Source of the DNA: a virus
Lineage: Duplodnaviria; Caudoviricetes
DNA length: 64,000 nucleotides
Virus record (IMG/VR): IMGVR_UViG_3300022824_000016
Span: 1 to 64,000 of that record
Strand: one strand, 5' to 3'
Made by a program: the position numbers and the translations under genes. The notes below the pieces were generated by a model. That model saw nothing but the letters and a program-made list of their open reading frames with translations, made no database searches and had not been told where the DNA came from. Numbering within the stretch: position 1 is the stretch's first letter; each line of letters starts with the position of its first letter. Of the stretch, positions 19,106 to 30,473 are shown in pieces.

Positions 19106-19942
19106 TCATTCGCAGAGATTGTAGACCGACATGCAGGAACGAACCGGGAACAGTGGAATCTGATCCTCATCGACACTTTCTATGTAGCGAAAAACATCTG
19201 CGCAAGTTGGAATGGGAACCGTACGGCCGTCTTTGGTGATAACGGATTTTGAACAGAAGCGCGATGGAATCTTGTCGGACCGAAACCATGTTCGATAGTT
19301 TTCTGGATCGTTCGCAGCCTCGTTGGCATGGTTCTCCAAGTCAATCAAACGTGTTTTCAGCTCGGGAAAGAAGCTGATTGCACGTTTCAATTCTCCCAAA
19401 CCGGTCATGATGCAAGGCCAACAGCCAACTCTCGTTGCTCCCATAAGATAAAGTGGATTTGGGCGGATATTGTACTTTTCCATCATAGCGAAACATTGTT
19501 CTGCAGACCAGTGCAGCAAAGGCCGCTTGATCCAGTAGCCACCTGCATCATTGAGCCATTCCGACTCGCTCAACTTAGATCTGGAATAGGATTCATCGGC
19601 GCGAATGCCCTGATAACTGGTCACCTCGTCATCCAGAGATTTAAAATAACGATGCAGCGGAAAAACTTTCAATTCCTGAGTGCAAAAACGCGAATGCACA
19701 CCGGGAACCATTTTTCGGTCAACGACTAATTGTACAAAGCCATCGGAATACTTCTCGCTCTTAAGTGTGACAAGAGCGCCATCCAAAACCGTCTGATTGA
19801 TCTCTTCAACGTAGGCATAGGTAAGTGGATGTTCCCAACCCGTATCACAAAACACAGCCGTAAATTCCGACAGATTTTCCTTTGCCCAAAGAATCAGAGC
19901 CGTCGAATCTTTACCTCCGCTAAAGCAGACAATGTTTTTCAT
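19106..19942 (-). CDS. PAPS reductase family protein
   Basis: FSGGKDS, DTGWEHP, RFCTQELK, GIRADES..R, RVGCWPC motifs. Confidence 0.9.
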   Translation of the reverse strand: MKNIVCFSGGKDSTALILWAKENLSEFTAVFCDTGWEHPLTYAYVEEINQTVLDGALVTLKSEKYSDGFVQLVVDRKMVPGVHSRFCTQELKVFPLHRYFKSLDDEVTSYQGIRADESYSRSKLSESEWLNDAGGYWIKRPLLHWSAEQCFAMMEKYNIRPNPLYLMGATRVGCWPCIMTGLGELKRAISFFPELKTRLIDLENHANEAANDPENYRTWFRSDKIPSRFCSKSVITKDGRTVPIPTCADVFRYIESVDEDQIPLFPVRSCMSVYNLCE

Positions 19943-19947
19943 TCAAA

Positions 19948-20805
19948 TTATTCCTTTAGCAGTCTCTGCCGAATTGGTACCAGTTTTTCCTGCATCGAAC
20001 TTGCCATAGGGAAAAGATCATCCAGATCGTCATCCTCGCCAAAGACGGCATTTGTTTCCTGCTCTTCTTTTTCCCTGGTGCCAGCCGGACCAAAGACTGC
20101 TTTGCCAATAAATGTTGGTCCCTTCGGCGATGGCAGGAAGCCAAGCGCAGTATCAATGGCGTTTCTGTCCTTATCACCACCAGGCAACTGACCGTAAGTA
20201 ATGCGTGCTTTGGTGATCAGCGGATGAGAAGAGAGGGCAATCACTTTGACCATGCTTGCGGAAGCGGCTTGCATCGCAAACAGAATCGATCCGGTCAACT
20301 GCCGAATATCCAGTTTGGCAGCAATCGCCACAGCCTCCCAGGGAATTCTTTGCCGATCTCCCTCGGGAAGCGAGTCGTACTTTTTGAGGAATGCCGCAAT
20401 CACTTCATCCTGCGCCGAAAAACGCATTGCATTAAGAACGCCTTTCAAACCACCCTCAGCATTTTTGAAAAGCGGTGTGATCTGAGGAGCTTCCGCAACT
20501 TTTTCAGGCTTGATCTTCAGACGCTTCAATGCTTCCGCTACCCGATTCTCTTTCTTCAGCGGTCTCGGAACCTGTTTAACGTCCGAGGAATTCTTTTTCC
20601 CTGATTCCGATCCATTCTTCAATCGGTTCGTCGCTTGCACCCTGTTCTTCGCGGATGAGGTCTTCTTCGGTTGGAACACGAGTGACAATCGCTTCCCGTC
20701 TTTTTGCTGGTTCAGGCCACTGTTTGGCGAATTGTCTTTTTTGCGTGTCATCGATACCTGCCAGTGCTTCTGCAATCTGTTCAAATGCTGCCACGAGTCG
20801 TTCAT
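19948..20805 (-). CDS. Hypothetical protein, possibly terminase small subunit (start uncertain)
   Basis: Upstream of terL; N-terminal part overlaps ORF 20576..20821, so the true start is unclear. Confidence 0.4.
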   Translation of the reverse strand: MNDSWQHLNRLQKHWQVSMTRKKDNSPNSGLNQQKDGKRLSLVFQPKKTSSAKNRVQATNRLKNGSESGKKNSSDVKQVPRPLKKENRVAEALKRLKIKPEKVAEAPQITPLFKNAEGGLKGVLNAMRFSAQDEVIAAFLKKYDSLPEGDRQRIPWEAVAIAAKLDIRQLTGSILFAMQAASASMVKVIALSSHPLITKARITYGQLPGGDKDRNAIDTALGFLPSPKGPTFIGKAVFGPAGTREKEEQETNAVFGEDDDLDDLFPMASSMQEKLVPIRQRLLKE

Positions 20806-22018
20806 CCAATTCTGTCGTCATGGAAGATTCTCCTGTTCAACGCAAGGTTCCTCAATCCATTCAGCGTTTCCTTTAAACATCTGAATATATTGTTTTCTGG
20901 TTTCATCGTCAGCATTTGTAATATACGGAAGCGCAGGATCATTCAACATGCCATCAAGCCGTACACGAAATATTTTTGGCGTAGCTATTGATCCAACATC
21001 GGCATGAACCTCAAACATCTGCCCATCGCTTCTTAGCGCACGCAGATACTGCACTTCAAAGTGTTCTTCAGTTCCGGATTCGTCAATGACGCGCACACCG
21101 GAAACCGGCTTCATCCATTGCGTCCTCAACCAGTGCAGTTTATTCATTGCGCTTTCTCAACGATTCAGCGGCTTCCAGCTGAGTTCATCAGGATCACTTC
21201 GGTGACGGCACCACTCACAATCTTCAATTCACCCGAGGTCCCGCCTGATGTGAATGTACGGATTTCTGTTTCAAAAGGCAGTTCAAGAGTCAGATTTGAC
21301 TTCTTGGACGCTGTTTTCATCGGGTTGCTGCAGTCTTTGTGTTCGCAACAATACCATGGAGCAAACCAGCCTACCTTAACGCTGTGCCATTTATGTGCTC
21401 TGAGAATGCGTTTGTGACACAAGCAGCAGATGCGATGCGGATCGCGCGGTGGATTGAAGATCCTGGTGAAACGCTCCAACCATGTCAACTTCTTTCGCTT
21501 CATGTTGAACCTTCTCCGCGCGCCGCCGCGCATCTTCCCGGAGGCAAATCCGGAACCTTATCAAGCCAACTGCATTGTCAGGCTATTTCCAATTCGTCTG
21601 GCTTTCCGGATTCAGCCACAACCGTTCGCCTGGCGTAATGCCGTTTCTTGACGACGATCTTTCCTTCATCATCCTTGGTCAGTGTCGGCACATCCTGCCC
21701 GCTGCGCTCACGCACTGCGTTCAGCCGCGTCTCCAGAGGAATTTCAACACGCGCATCCACCACGGTTTCCTTCACCGCATCTTCACCCAGCGCAGAAAAA
21801 TCGGCTTTTGCCGGCGCACCCACAATGATCTTTGTCTTTACCTGCGCCAGATCCAGCCCGCGCAGATTCAGATGTACTTCAACCCAGCCATCGTAGCCAC
21901 CAGGATAAGCATCCGATCCCCGCAAATTGCAATCCCCGCGAAGTTTACTATCCGTCTGGTCCAGCACATCGTTGATGATCTCTTCTCCCGTCAATCCTTC
22001 CACGTAATCGTCTTCCAC
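20576..22018 (-). CDS. Cluster of small hypothetical genes (20576-20821, 20818-21147, 21165-21533, 21578-22018)
   Basis: Co-oriented, closely packed ORFs; no motifs recognised. Confidence 0.5.
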
Positions 22019-22038
22019 CCTATACCGCCTTTCCTGAT

Positions 22039-22272
22039 TTAAGCTGCCCTCTCCCGGTCATACTTCGCCTTCAACGCCTGAAACTTCCTCAACGTCTCCG
22101 GCCACGGACTTACCTTCCCTGCCTCAATCTGCTGAACCGTCCTGCGACTCAACTCCAGCACCTGAGCCAGCCTTACCTGCGTGAACAGATTCTTCCTGCG
22201 AAACTCCACCCACTCGTGGCGCCGCTGCACACGCTCCTTCAAATCTTCTTCGCTCGGCTTCGGTCTCGGCAT
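22039..22272 (-). CDS. XRE-family HTH regulator
   Basis: FRRKNLFTQVRLAQVLELSRRTVQQIEAGKVSP. Confidence 0.8.
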   Translation of the reverse strand: MPRPKPSEEDLKERVQRRHEWVEFRRKNLFTQVRLAQVLELSRRTVQQIEAGKVSPWPETLRKFQALKAKYDRERAA

Positions 22273-22305
22273 ACCGCCCTCACTGCTTCCTAACTTCCAT
22301 CTAAT

Positions 22306-22511
22306 TCTGCGCCCTGTCAAGACCATTTTTTCTCTATCACCTGCTAACTCAAAAGTTCCACATGGAACCTCTGCGCCCCACGAAATCCGCCCCTCTACAC
22401 CTACAATCCTTTCCTAACTCTGCGCCTTGATAACTCTGCGCTAAGTCTGCGCTTCTTTCGTTTTTCCCACCAAAATTTTTTAGTAGAATAGTCTGCGCCC
22501 AAACTGCGCCC
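22306..22511. repeat. Seven copies of (T)CTGCGC(C) in about 200 bp
   Basis: Copies at about 22306, 22370, 22419, 22435, 22446, 22492 and 22503. Confidence 0.8.
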
Positions 22512-23371
22512 TGACCCCTCACCTACAAAATATTTTTCAGAACTCAAAGGCGTCATAGGCATCGCCACCCCCCCGGGGGGCCTGACAACTCAAAACGCGA
22601 CAATATGGCCCGCTTATGCGCGAATCAGAGACAATGCCGCAACCACCGCGCACCCACCGTTTGGTGTAGTTGCTGTAGAGGGATTCAAACGCGCATCATA
22701 TATATAGAGATACAAGCCGCACACACGAAACTATACACAAACATATACGGAATTCCTCACTATTGCCTCCAGCACGCCGCGCACAGCCTCTGTATACATG
22801 CGCCTGCTCTGTGCATCTACGCGTGCACTGCGCAGCGCTCACGCGCCTGCAGGGCAGGTTTGAACGCTGTTCTGCGCTCTCTTTTGATAGGCGGCCAGGA
22901 ATTTCGTTCCAGCGTCGAAAAGGTTTCATTTCATGCGGATGTTTTGCGGCGTTGTGTGTGCACAATTGGGGTGTGTTTGTATTTTGAGATTGGAGTTTGT
23001 TGTGCGGGTGAATATCAGGTTTTGGTGATAATTGCAGGGAAAGTGGGTTTGTGTTGTTGGTGGAGAGTGAATGTATATAGCGTATAGAGGGATTGTATTA
23101 GGCTGACGGTTTTCGACGGGTGCCGGTGAAGCGGGCAGCTTCGGGCATAAGTGAATGTGCAAAGCAGAGCAAGCGTTTTGTTTTGGTCTGTGTGTGTGTT
23201 TGGGATGCAGTTGTTGAGTGATTATCACGTTTTGGTGATATTTACAGGAAAGGTACGAAAGAGGTTTTTTGTGGTGGAGTTGTAATACAGAGAGAGTGTG
23301 TATATAGGTAGAGAGTTGTATGAAGGGGCGCGGTTTTCGGCACCTGTCGGCAGTCCGGATTCTGGATTCTG

Positions 23372-23605
23372 CTAGTCTTTCGGCGGTTTGCACATATAGC
23401 ATTTACAGCCCGGCGCATGAGCTGGGCGCGTATAGTTGGCGGTTTCCGGCAGGCGTGGTGCGGTCTGGTGGTGGTCTTTGGGCGAGAGTCCACGCTCTAT
23501 TAAGATGATGGCGGTTTTGTGAACGGTTTCGCCCTGCTTTTTTGCATACGCTTCCAGCGCATCATAAAGCGCATCGGTTAACCGGGCGGAAAGCATTTTA
23601 GACAT
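23372..23605 (-). CDS. Ribbon-helix-helix (CopG/Arc-like) regulator
   Basis: MSKMLSARLTDALYDALEAYAKKQGETVHKTAIILIERGL. Confidence 0.65.
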   Translation of the reverse strand: MSKMLSARLTDALYDALEAYAKKQGETVHKTAIILIERGLSPKDHHQTAPRLPETANYTRPAHAPGCKCYMCKPPKD

Positions 23606-24477
23606 AGAGCAACTGTATTATAGTGCGCGGTTTTCGGCACAAAAAAACAGCCCGCCGGATCTGGACGGGCTGGGGAGTCCAGATTCTGGACTGCCTAACT
23701 CTTCAGACTTTTTCGCGCGCGCCAGTATGGCCCATCATCATACAATTCCCAACCTACCGGGAGCACAGCTGCGCATTCTTTCAGGTTAGGGGACGGTCCT
23801 ACGGCTTCTTTCGTGCGTGGATCCATCGCAACAAAAGAAAGATTACCGTCGCCTGGTGCATATGAATGAATGATTGCGGTGCGGTCCCCATCCTCATCCC
23901 TACGGTCAATAATCGGGCGCGTCATGATTCCTCAATTCTGCCGGATTACCGGCGATTTTCTGTAAATATCAGGAAAACCCGATATTTACTTACACTTTCC
24001 ACTATACCGGTCCACCCTTCCGAAACTACGCACCTTAGTGCGTTTATTTATTGTTCACTTTAACGCGTTTTTATGTTGACACTATGGTGAAGAAAGGCGC
24101 AAAGTAAAGAAGTAATGCGGCATGGTTGAGCGCTTCACCGCTCACAGCCCGGAAAGGATCAAAATGAAAATTTTCCTCTTTGCACAGCCGTTACCTATTG
24201 AGCCAGTCAGACAGCCTATCGGACCGCATTTTGATTATGTGAATCAGGCATGGACGATGAACGGGCGATATATCGCCTGTGAGCATCCCGGCAAATGCAA
24301 CTGCTACGGCACTCGGCACGCGGGCGAACTCGCACCGATTGAAAATCTGCCCACCGCTAACGATTGACGGGGTTTTTCCCGTCCACCAGATAAAACGGTG
24401 CTGGTGCTGAATAAGCGCGACTCAGCGAAGTCTAAGCGCGAAACGGGAACATAGTTCCGAGAATCAGGGGATTCAGA

Positions 24478-25425
24478 ATGAACACATTCGCACACAATTT
24501 TTCTATCGGCGCGGCAATCAATCCCGGAGTAGCTCTCCGCCAGCAAACCCCGCTTACTCTTGATGCACTCCGCCACTTTGCGCCGTCTGCTTTCGCTACG
24601 GCTGCCCACGAATCGCGTTCTATGCGCTATACCTATATCCCTACTTCCGATATTATCGCCGGACTCATGCGTGAAGGATTTAAGCCATTCAAAGCCACTC
24701 AAGGCCGCTGCAGGATTGCAGGCAAAGCTGATTTTACAAAGCATTTGATTCGCTTTCGCCATCCAGATTCTTTCAACGCGATTCAACGTGTAGGCGATTC
24801 CGTGCCGGAAGTGGTTTTAGTGAACAGCCACGACGGCACAAGCGCATACAAACTTTCGGCCGGCTTGTTTCGGCTGGTTTGCTCGAATGGCCTTATGGTT
24901 TCAGATAGCACCGTTCCTATGCTTTCCGTTCAGCACAAAGGGAACATAGTCGATGAAGTTATCGAAGGATCTTTTCAGATTGTTCAACAGTCAGAAAAGG
25001 CACTTGCGCGCGCCGATGAATGGAATCAGCTCCAGCTTACGGTAGGCGAGCAGATGGCCTTTGCCGATGCAGCCCGCGAACTGCGCTTTGCGGACGTGGA
25101 AGGCACGATAAAAACGCCGATCACCGCTGAACAGCTTTTGCGCCCACGCCGTGAAGCCGATGCAGAAGGAATTATTGACTATCGCAAACCAGCCGCACCT
25201 AAACCGGACCTTTGGCACACCATGAATGTGGTTCAGGAAAACGTCATTCGTGGCGGTTTGCATGGTACTTTGCGCGGAATTGATCCCAACACAAAACAGC
25301 GCACCTTTCGCCGCGTAACCACACGGGAAGTAAAAGGCATTGACCAGGACGTGAAATTGAATCGCGCTCTCTGGATGCTAGCGGAACGTATGGCGGAACT
25401 GAAGGACGCGACCGTAGCAGCCTAG
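24478..25425 (+). CDS. DUF932-family phage/plasmid protein
   Basis: APSAFA...HESRS.RY.YIPT, FTKHLIRFR, LVNSHDGTSAY.L.AG.FRLVCSNG. Confidence 0.85.
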   Translation: MNTFAHNFSIGAAINPGVALRQQTPLTLDALRHFAPSAFATAAHESRSMRYTYIPTSDIIAGLMREGFKPFKATQGRCRIAGKADFTKHLIRFRHPDSFNAIQRVGDSVPEVVLVNSHDGTSAYKLSAGLFRLVCSNGLMVSDSTVPMLSVQHKGNIVDEVIEGSFQIVQQSEKALARADEWNQLQLTVGEQMAFADAARELRFADVEGTIKTPITAEQLLRPRREADAEGIIDYRKPAAPKPDLWHTMNVVQENVIRGGLHGTLRGIDPNTKQRTFRRVTTREVKGIDQDVKLNRALWMLAERMAELKDATVAA

Positions 25426-25433
25426 TTTCTTCC

Positions 25434-25470
25434 AAGTGAACGGGCGGAAACTCTCCGCCCGTTCACTTTT
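25434..25470 (+). terminator. Intrinsic terminator
   Basis: AAGTGAACGGGCGGA-AACTC-TCCGCCCGTTCACTT followed by T's. Confidence 0.8.
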
Positions 25471-25484
25471 CCGATGCGCAACCA

Positions 25485-28400
25485 ATGGGAGAAAAAATGA
25501 CTATTGACGGAATCATTCAACATTACAGTATGCCCGGGTATGAGCCGTTATCTGTGGAAGAACTTTTTGCGTCCTACGGTAAAAAGTGGACAAAAGACAA
25601 CTGGCAAATTGAAAGATTCACAGAACTTTTTGCAATTTGCCATGATGGAATTATCCGCCCGCGCCGCTTGCGATTGACTGATTCAAGTTTGGTAATTGAT
25701 ACATCGGTGCGCAGTTTCTGAGGTTTTTAACCGGCGTAATGCTCGCCCATTGCAACTACTTTTCACACATCGGGAGTAACGAAAATGCAAAGCAGCGATA
25801 TGATTACCGATTTTATTCTCCGCAAAGATTCTTACGTCACACCAGAGGGAACCTTTACGGATTACGAAAAGGCGCGTACAGCTTGCCCTGGTCAGAATTT
25901 AGACCAGTATCACCGCATAAAAATGTCAACAGTTCATTCTTTGTTGAAAGCGATAAATGCGCAATTTGGCGCGCTGGCTGAAGAATACAGCTTTAGCCTG
26001 GATTTTAATCTGGTGGGTGAGTCTGGCCTTAAAGCAAAACCCGGCGTTTCTCCGTCTCTCATCCCTCAAGACTTCCACGAATTGATAGCCTATGCCGTTG
26101 AAGGCGGTTCAGAAGGCTATTACGTCCATATCTGCGCTTTGTTGCCCAATGGCCATTTTATGCCTTTCGGCATTGCCAAAACATGGAATCCCGATAGCGC
26201 CTATGAGCTCGCAAAACAGGCGTCCCGTTTCCTCGCTGCAGCACGCTGGAATTAGGATATGCCCGCCCGTGGGCTGATACGTGGGCAAGGAAAAAACAAT
26301 GATTGATTTTAGCTCTGAAGGAATTTTGCGGGAAGCAAAACACCGCGCGCGCCCAATCAATGAGGCGATTCTAGCGGAACGCATGAAAGCGTATGACGCG
26401 ATTAAAGGGCCACGCGTGGGCGATTGGGTAGACACTCCGGTAGGTCGGTTTCGCATTGCCCACCATTGGGGGGATTCTGTTCAGCTTTCATCTTATGCCG
26501 GTGACCACAACGGCATTTATCTGTCTGTGGGTTCCGCGTCCTACAGCGGCGGGCTGGATTCCCCGATTCCGATAGGCCGGATCATGCCCACGGAAGAAAC
26601 GCGCACGGCCACGGTTTGGTTTTTCAGCGAAAACTATGTCTGTGCCCACAATGCTGTTTACCTGAAAACGGATTTTCGCGTTTTTCGTTTGGCGTAATCA
26701 ACAGAAGAAAGGGGGATTCATGCACATCTTATTCACTATCGCTTTGCTTTTTGTGGCGGGGGCTTTGCTGGCATATGCAAAACGGCATCTTTCCCGCCTG
26801 CTCTATATCATTCTGTGGTTTTTTGCCTCAGCCCTAACAATCACGGCAGGCTGGATCTTTGCATTTTGAAATTGAGTCCGGATTCCGGACTGCACCAGGT
26901 AACTGCACATTCAACCGGCGAAATGCGCCAGACGGTGAGGAAAAACAATGTCTGCATTCATGGTAAGCAAAGGACAGATAGACGCAATTATTGCAGTGGT
27001 CGCATGCGGCCCGGCACACTCCGAAAAAGATGCGCAGCTATGGGCAGATTCTATGCGCTGGGCTGGCATTTTGACAAAAACACAGAATCCGCTCGGAGAG
27101 CTGGGCGAGATATTCATCCGCGAAAATCTGGCGAGCATTAACGCGCGCTATCCGAATACAGTCGGCAAGCCTGAGCATGTTCCCGGCCCGTGTGAGCCTT
27201 ACTGGTTGGCACCTTATGTCTATCACCAGCCGTCGCGCATTCCTTCCGTGGTTGAAGCACTAAAACTCATTGACTGCTATGAGTATCAATCTTGTGAGCA
27301 TGACGGCTGGAAAACTTCGCAGGCAAAGCGACTTTGCGAAAAACTACGCGGGAATCTCATTACCGCGTTGCCTGGCTATGAATCTGCAAAGTGGTCAATT
27401 GACTAGCCTTGTGATAGCGGTAACTGGAGTCCGATATTATTAAGGCGCAGAGTATCAATGACAGAGGAAACGAGAATGTACACGACTTTTGAAGATGAGC
27501 GCGCGGTATACGTCCACCGTAACGGTGAGGCACTGGTAACGGCGACAATCAACGGCAAGCGCGCATATGTTGCCGCGGTAAAAGACGGATTACGAACCGA
27601 TTACCCAATTGACTACGGTACCGGGCAAATTGGCTGGGATAATCCGGAGTGGTTCACAGAGGGATTCAAGAGCAAGGCACGCAAGGCCATTCTAGCAGGA
27701 AAGGGGCTTTAGATGGAACATATCCGGGCAATAGTGAATCAAGTGGGAATTGCAATGGAATTGCATGAGCACACCGATAAGCCGGTCATGCTTAATTTGA
27801 TCAGCTATCGGGAATTAGGCGCATATCGGGCAGAACTGGCAAAGTCGAATCCAGATATGCAGCACGCGACGATTGGGCAGTTGGCCGTTATGTACGCTAA
27901 CCGGAGCTATCAGAACATTACTATCAGCCAATTGCCATGGACGTATAACGCAAGCTCGGACACCTACGAACGCGGGCGGTAAACCTTGCATCCGCACGTG
28001 GGTCTGTACGCAGGCAAGAATCCACAAGGCACACGGGGGAAACACAATGAACTTTGTAACGCCAATGACCAAAGAACAGGCACAGGCGTATCAGGATGAG
28101 TTACGGGCAGAGCTGGCGCACTTGCTTTTGATTGAAACACCGATCAGATATGAAAGCGAACGTATTTACCAGATTCGGCGTTATTTCAAAGAGCTGGGCA
28201 AGGAATGTGAATCTGCGCGTAAAACGAAAATCGTTGCTCAGTTTGGGCCGGAGTACACCTTTGTATCTGATAGCCAAGATACAGCGCCGATCAAGGCGGA
28301 TATAGCGGGCGCGAAAGACTATGACGCGTTTTTCGTGCTTCTTGGAGACGGCGAGTATACGGAAGTTTGGGGTATGGCTGGAATTGTGCCTTTCCGCTCG

Positions 28401-30473
28401 AAGCTTGTAACACGGCTGCTTTAACTGCCGCATCCGCGAGTTTTTACTAACCCTTCGCCCGCCCGCGGGCATAGAGTACGCGGGCAAGGATTGAATCATG
28501 CTAAACACTGAAACCAACACGCACGCCATGGAAACGCGGATTTTGAAAGCAGTAAATGGAAAGCTGGTCAATCCGGCGCGCCGTTACGTGGAATTTCGTA
28601 CCTTTTTTGAGCATGGCCAATGGTGGATTGAACATTTGCCAAGCGGCGCGCAGTGGTCTGTCTGCGATGCGTCCGGCCCGAGCTGCCCGGATGGATTCGA
28701 CTTCGAGCAAGTGACGCAGGGCGACGAAGAATAGCCATCTTAGTCCAGAATCCGGACTTTGATAGGTGACCAACGTTTTTCCAACTATCCGGAAATTCCG
28801 GAGAATTGAGAACTTCATGAAATTCACACTTGAAATTGAATTGGGCGACGACGCAATGAGAACTCCGTGGGACGTGGCAGTCGCGCTTTCGTCCGCTGTG
28901 ATGGCACTGCAAGACAACAGCCGCAACCTCGCAGACGGCGAGAATGGAATACTGCGCGACTTCTACGGAAACACCGTGGGCGGCTGGGGAGTAAAGTGTG
29001 ATCTTTGCGCCGCATCCAACGCTGAAAAACAAAAAAGTAAACAGTCTGCTTAGTCCAACTTTCTTTGATAGGTGACCAATTTTTTTAACCGGGCCGACAA
29101 TTCGGCAGAACTGAGAACACCATGAAATTTACGCTCGAAATTGAATTGGGCAATGACGCCATGCAAAACGGAACCGATGTGATCAAGGCAATTCAGGAAA
29201 GTCTGAAGGGTGAAGAAAGTCTGCCTTTGGACGCGGGTACTGCGGGACGACTTTGGGACGAAAACGGCAACCTTGCAGGCAGCTGGAAAGTAATAGAAGA
29301 TGCGCCAACGCTGCCTGTATCTGTCGTGGCTTCTGTACTCCCGGCTGAAACACCGCATCCTTTTGATGACCACGACACCATGGGATTCTGCTCTGTTTGT
29401 GGCCGGAGAAAGTATGATCCGGACGCGAATCACATCGAATAACTGGGCAACTGGTAAGGATTCCTTACCAGTTCAATCGCAACCAGCAACAGCCGCATAT
29501 CGGCAGAATCGAGTATTGATCATGGCACAGGAACCGAAACAAATTATTCCTATCCCCGCATTGAACATTGAAGAAGGCGCGGCACAGCTAACACTTACCA
29601 CGGAAAAGTATTTTAACGGTCAGATTGTTTCCGCCGCACACATCTATTTTGCGAAAAATGGCATGATCACCTTTGAACTAGCTGGCGACTTCAGGAAGGT
29701 GCTTTTGCGCACCCGTGAACGCGCCACACAAAAGGCACTCGACACACAGCACGCGAACACCTTTACCCCCGAAGTCATCGAAGCGCTAAAAGCTGAAGCA
29801 CTCGCTTTCTACGCTGAAAAGCGGAAAAGTAAACAGTCTGCTTAATCTATCACTCTCTTTGATAGGTGACCAAATTTTTAGAACCCAAAGTACATACAGG
29901 CCATGGAGGGCCATCCCAATGAATCCAATTCAGTCCCATCCCGGCAGCTATTGGCATAGCAATGACGCAGCTGATATCTGGCTCAACACTTTCGCAGCAG
30001 AAAAGCCCGAGACCATCAAAGTATTCGATTCCGGTGCATCGGAAAGCTCTTCCGGTCTGGTAACAATTCCGCTTGTATCACTACGATTCATTAGTGCGGG
30101 GATCTTCGGAGAAGGCCGTCCCTGCAGTTTCAACTCAAAATCAAAATGGACAGGTGACTCTCACCGCTATGGCGTCTACTTCTTTGAAGAAGATCCAAAC
30201 AAACAGCACCCGGTGATCCTTGAGACGCATGGCGGCGGAACACAAGGCGTTATGTTTCCATCCTATACCACAGATTTATGGAGCGTGATTGCAGTCGGAC
30301 TTTTGCCTGAGCAGCTCTGGGATATGTGTCACAACATCATGCAGTATGGCGCCAATATGCAAAGAGCTACAGAAAAACGCATTCATTCCGCCTTTGTTGA
30401 AGACCGACTGATTAAGCGGCGGCGTCATGGAAATGTCTATGTAGAAACCAAACCAGTCGAGCCGCTCCTTTGA
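25485..30473 (+). CDS. Array of about 13 small early hypothetical genes, including a 49-aa two-TM peptide at 26720-26869
   Basis: Co-oriented short ORFs (25785-26255, 26299-26697, 26948-27406, 27458-27712, 27713-27982, 28047-28424, 28498-28734, 28818-29053, 29122-29442, 29522-29845, 29919-30473). Confidence 0.6.
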
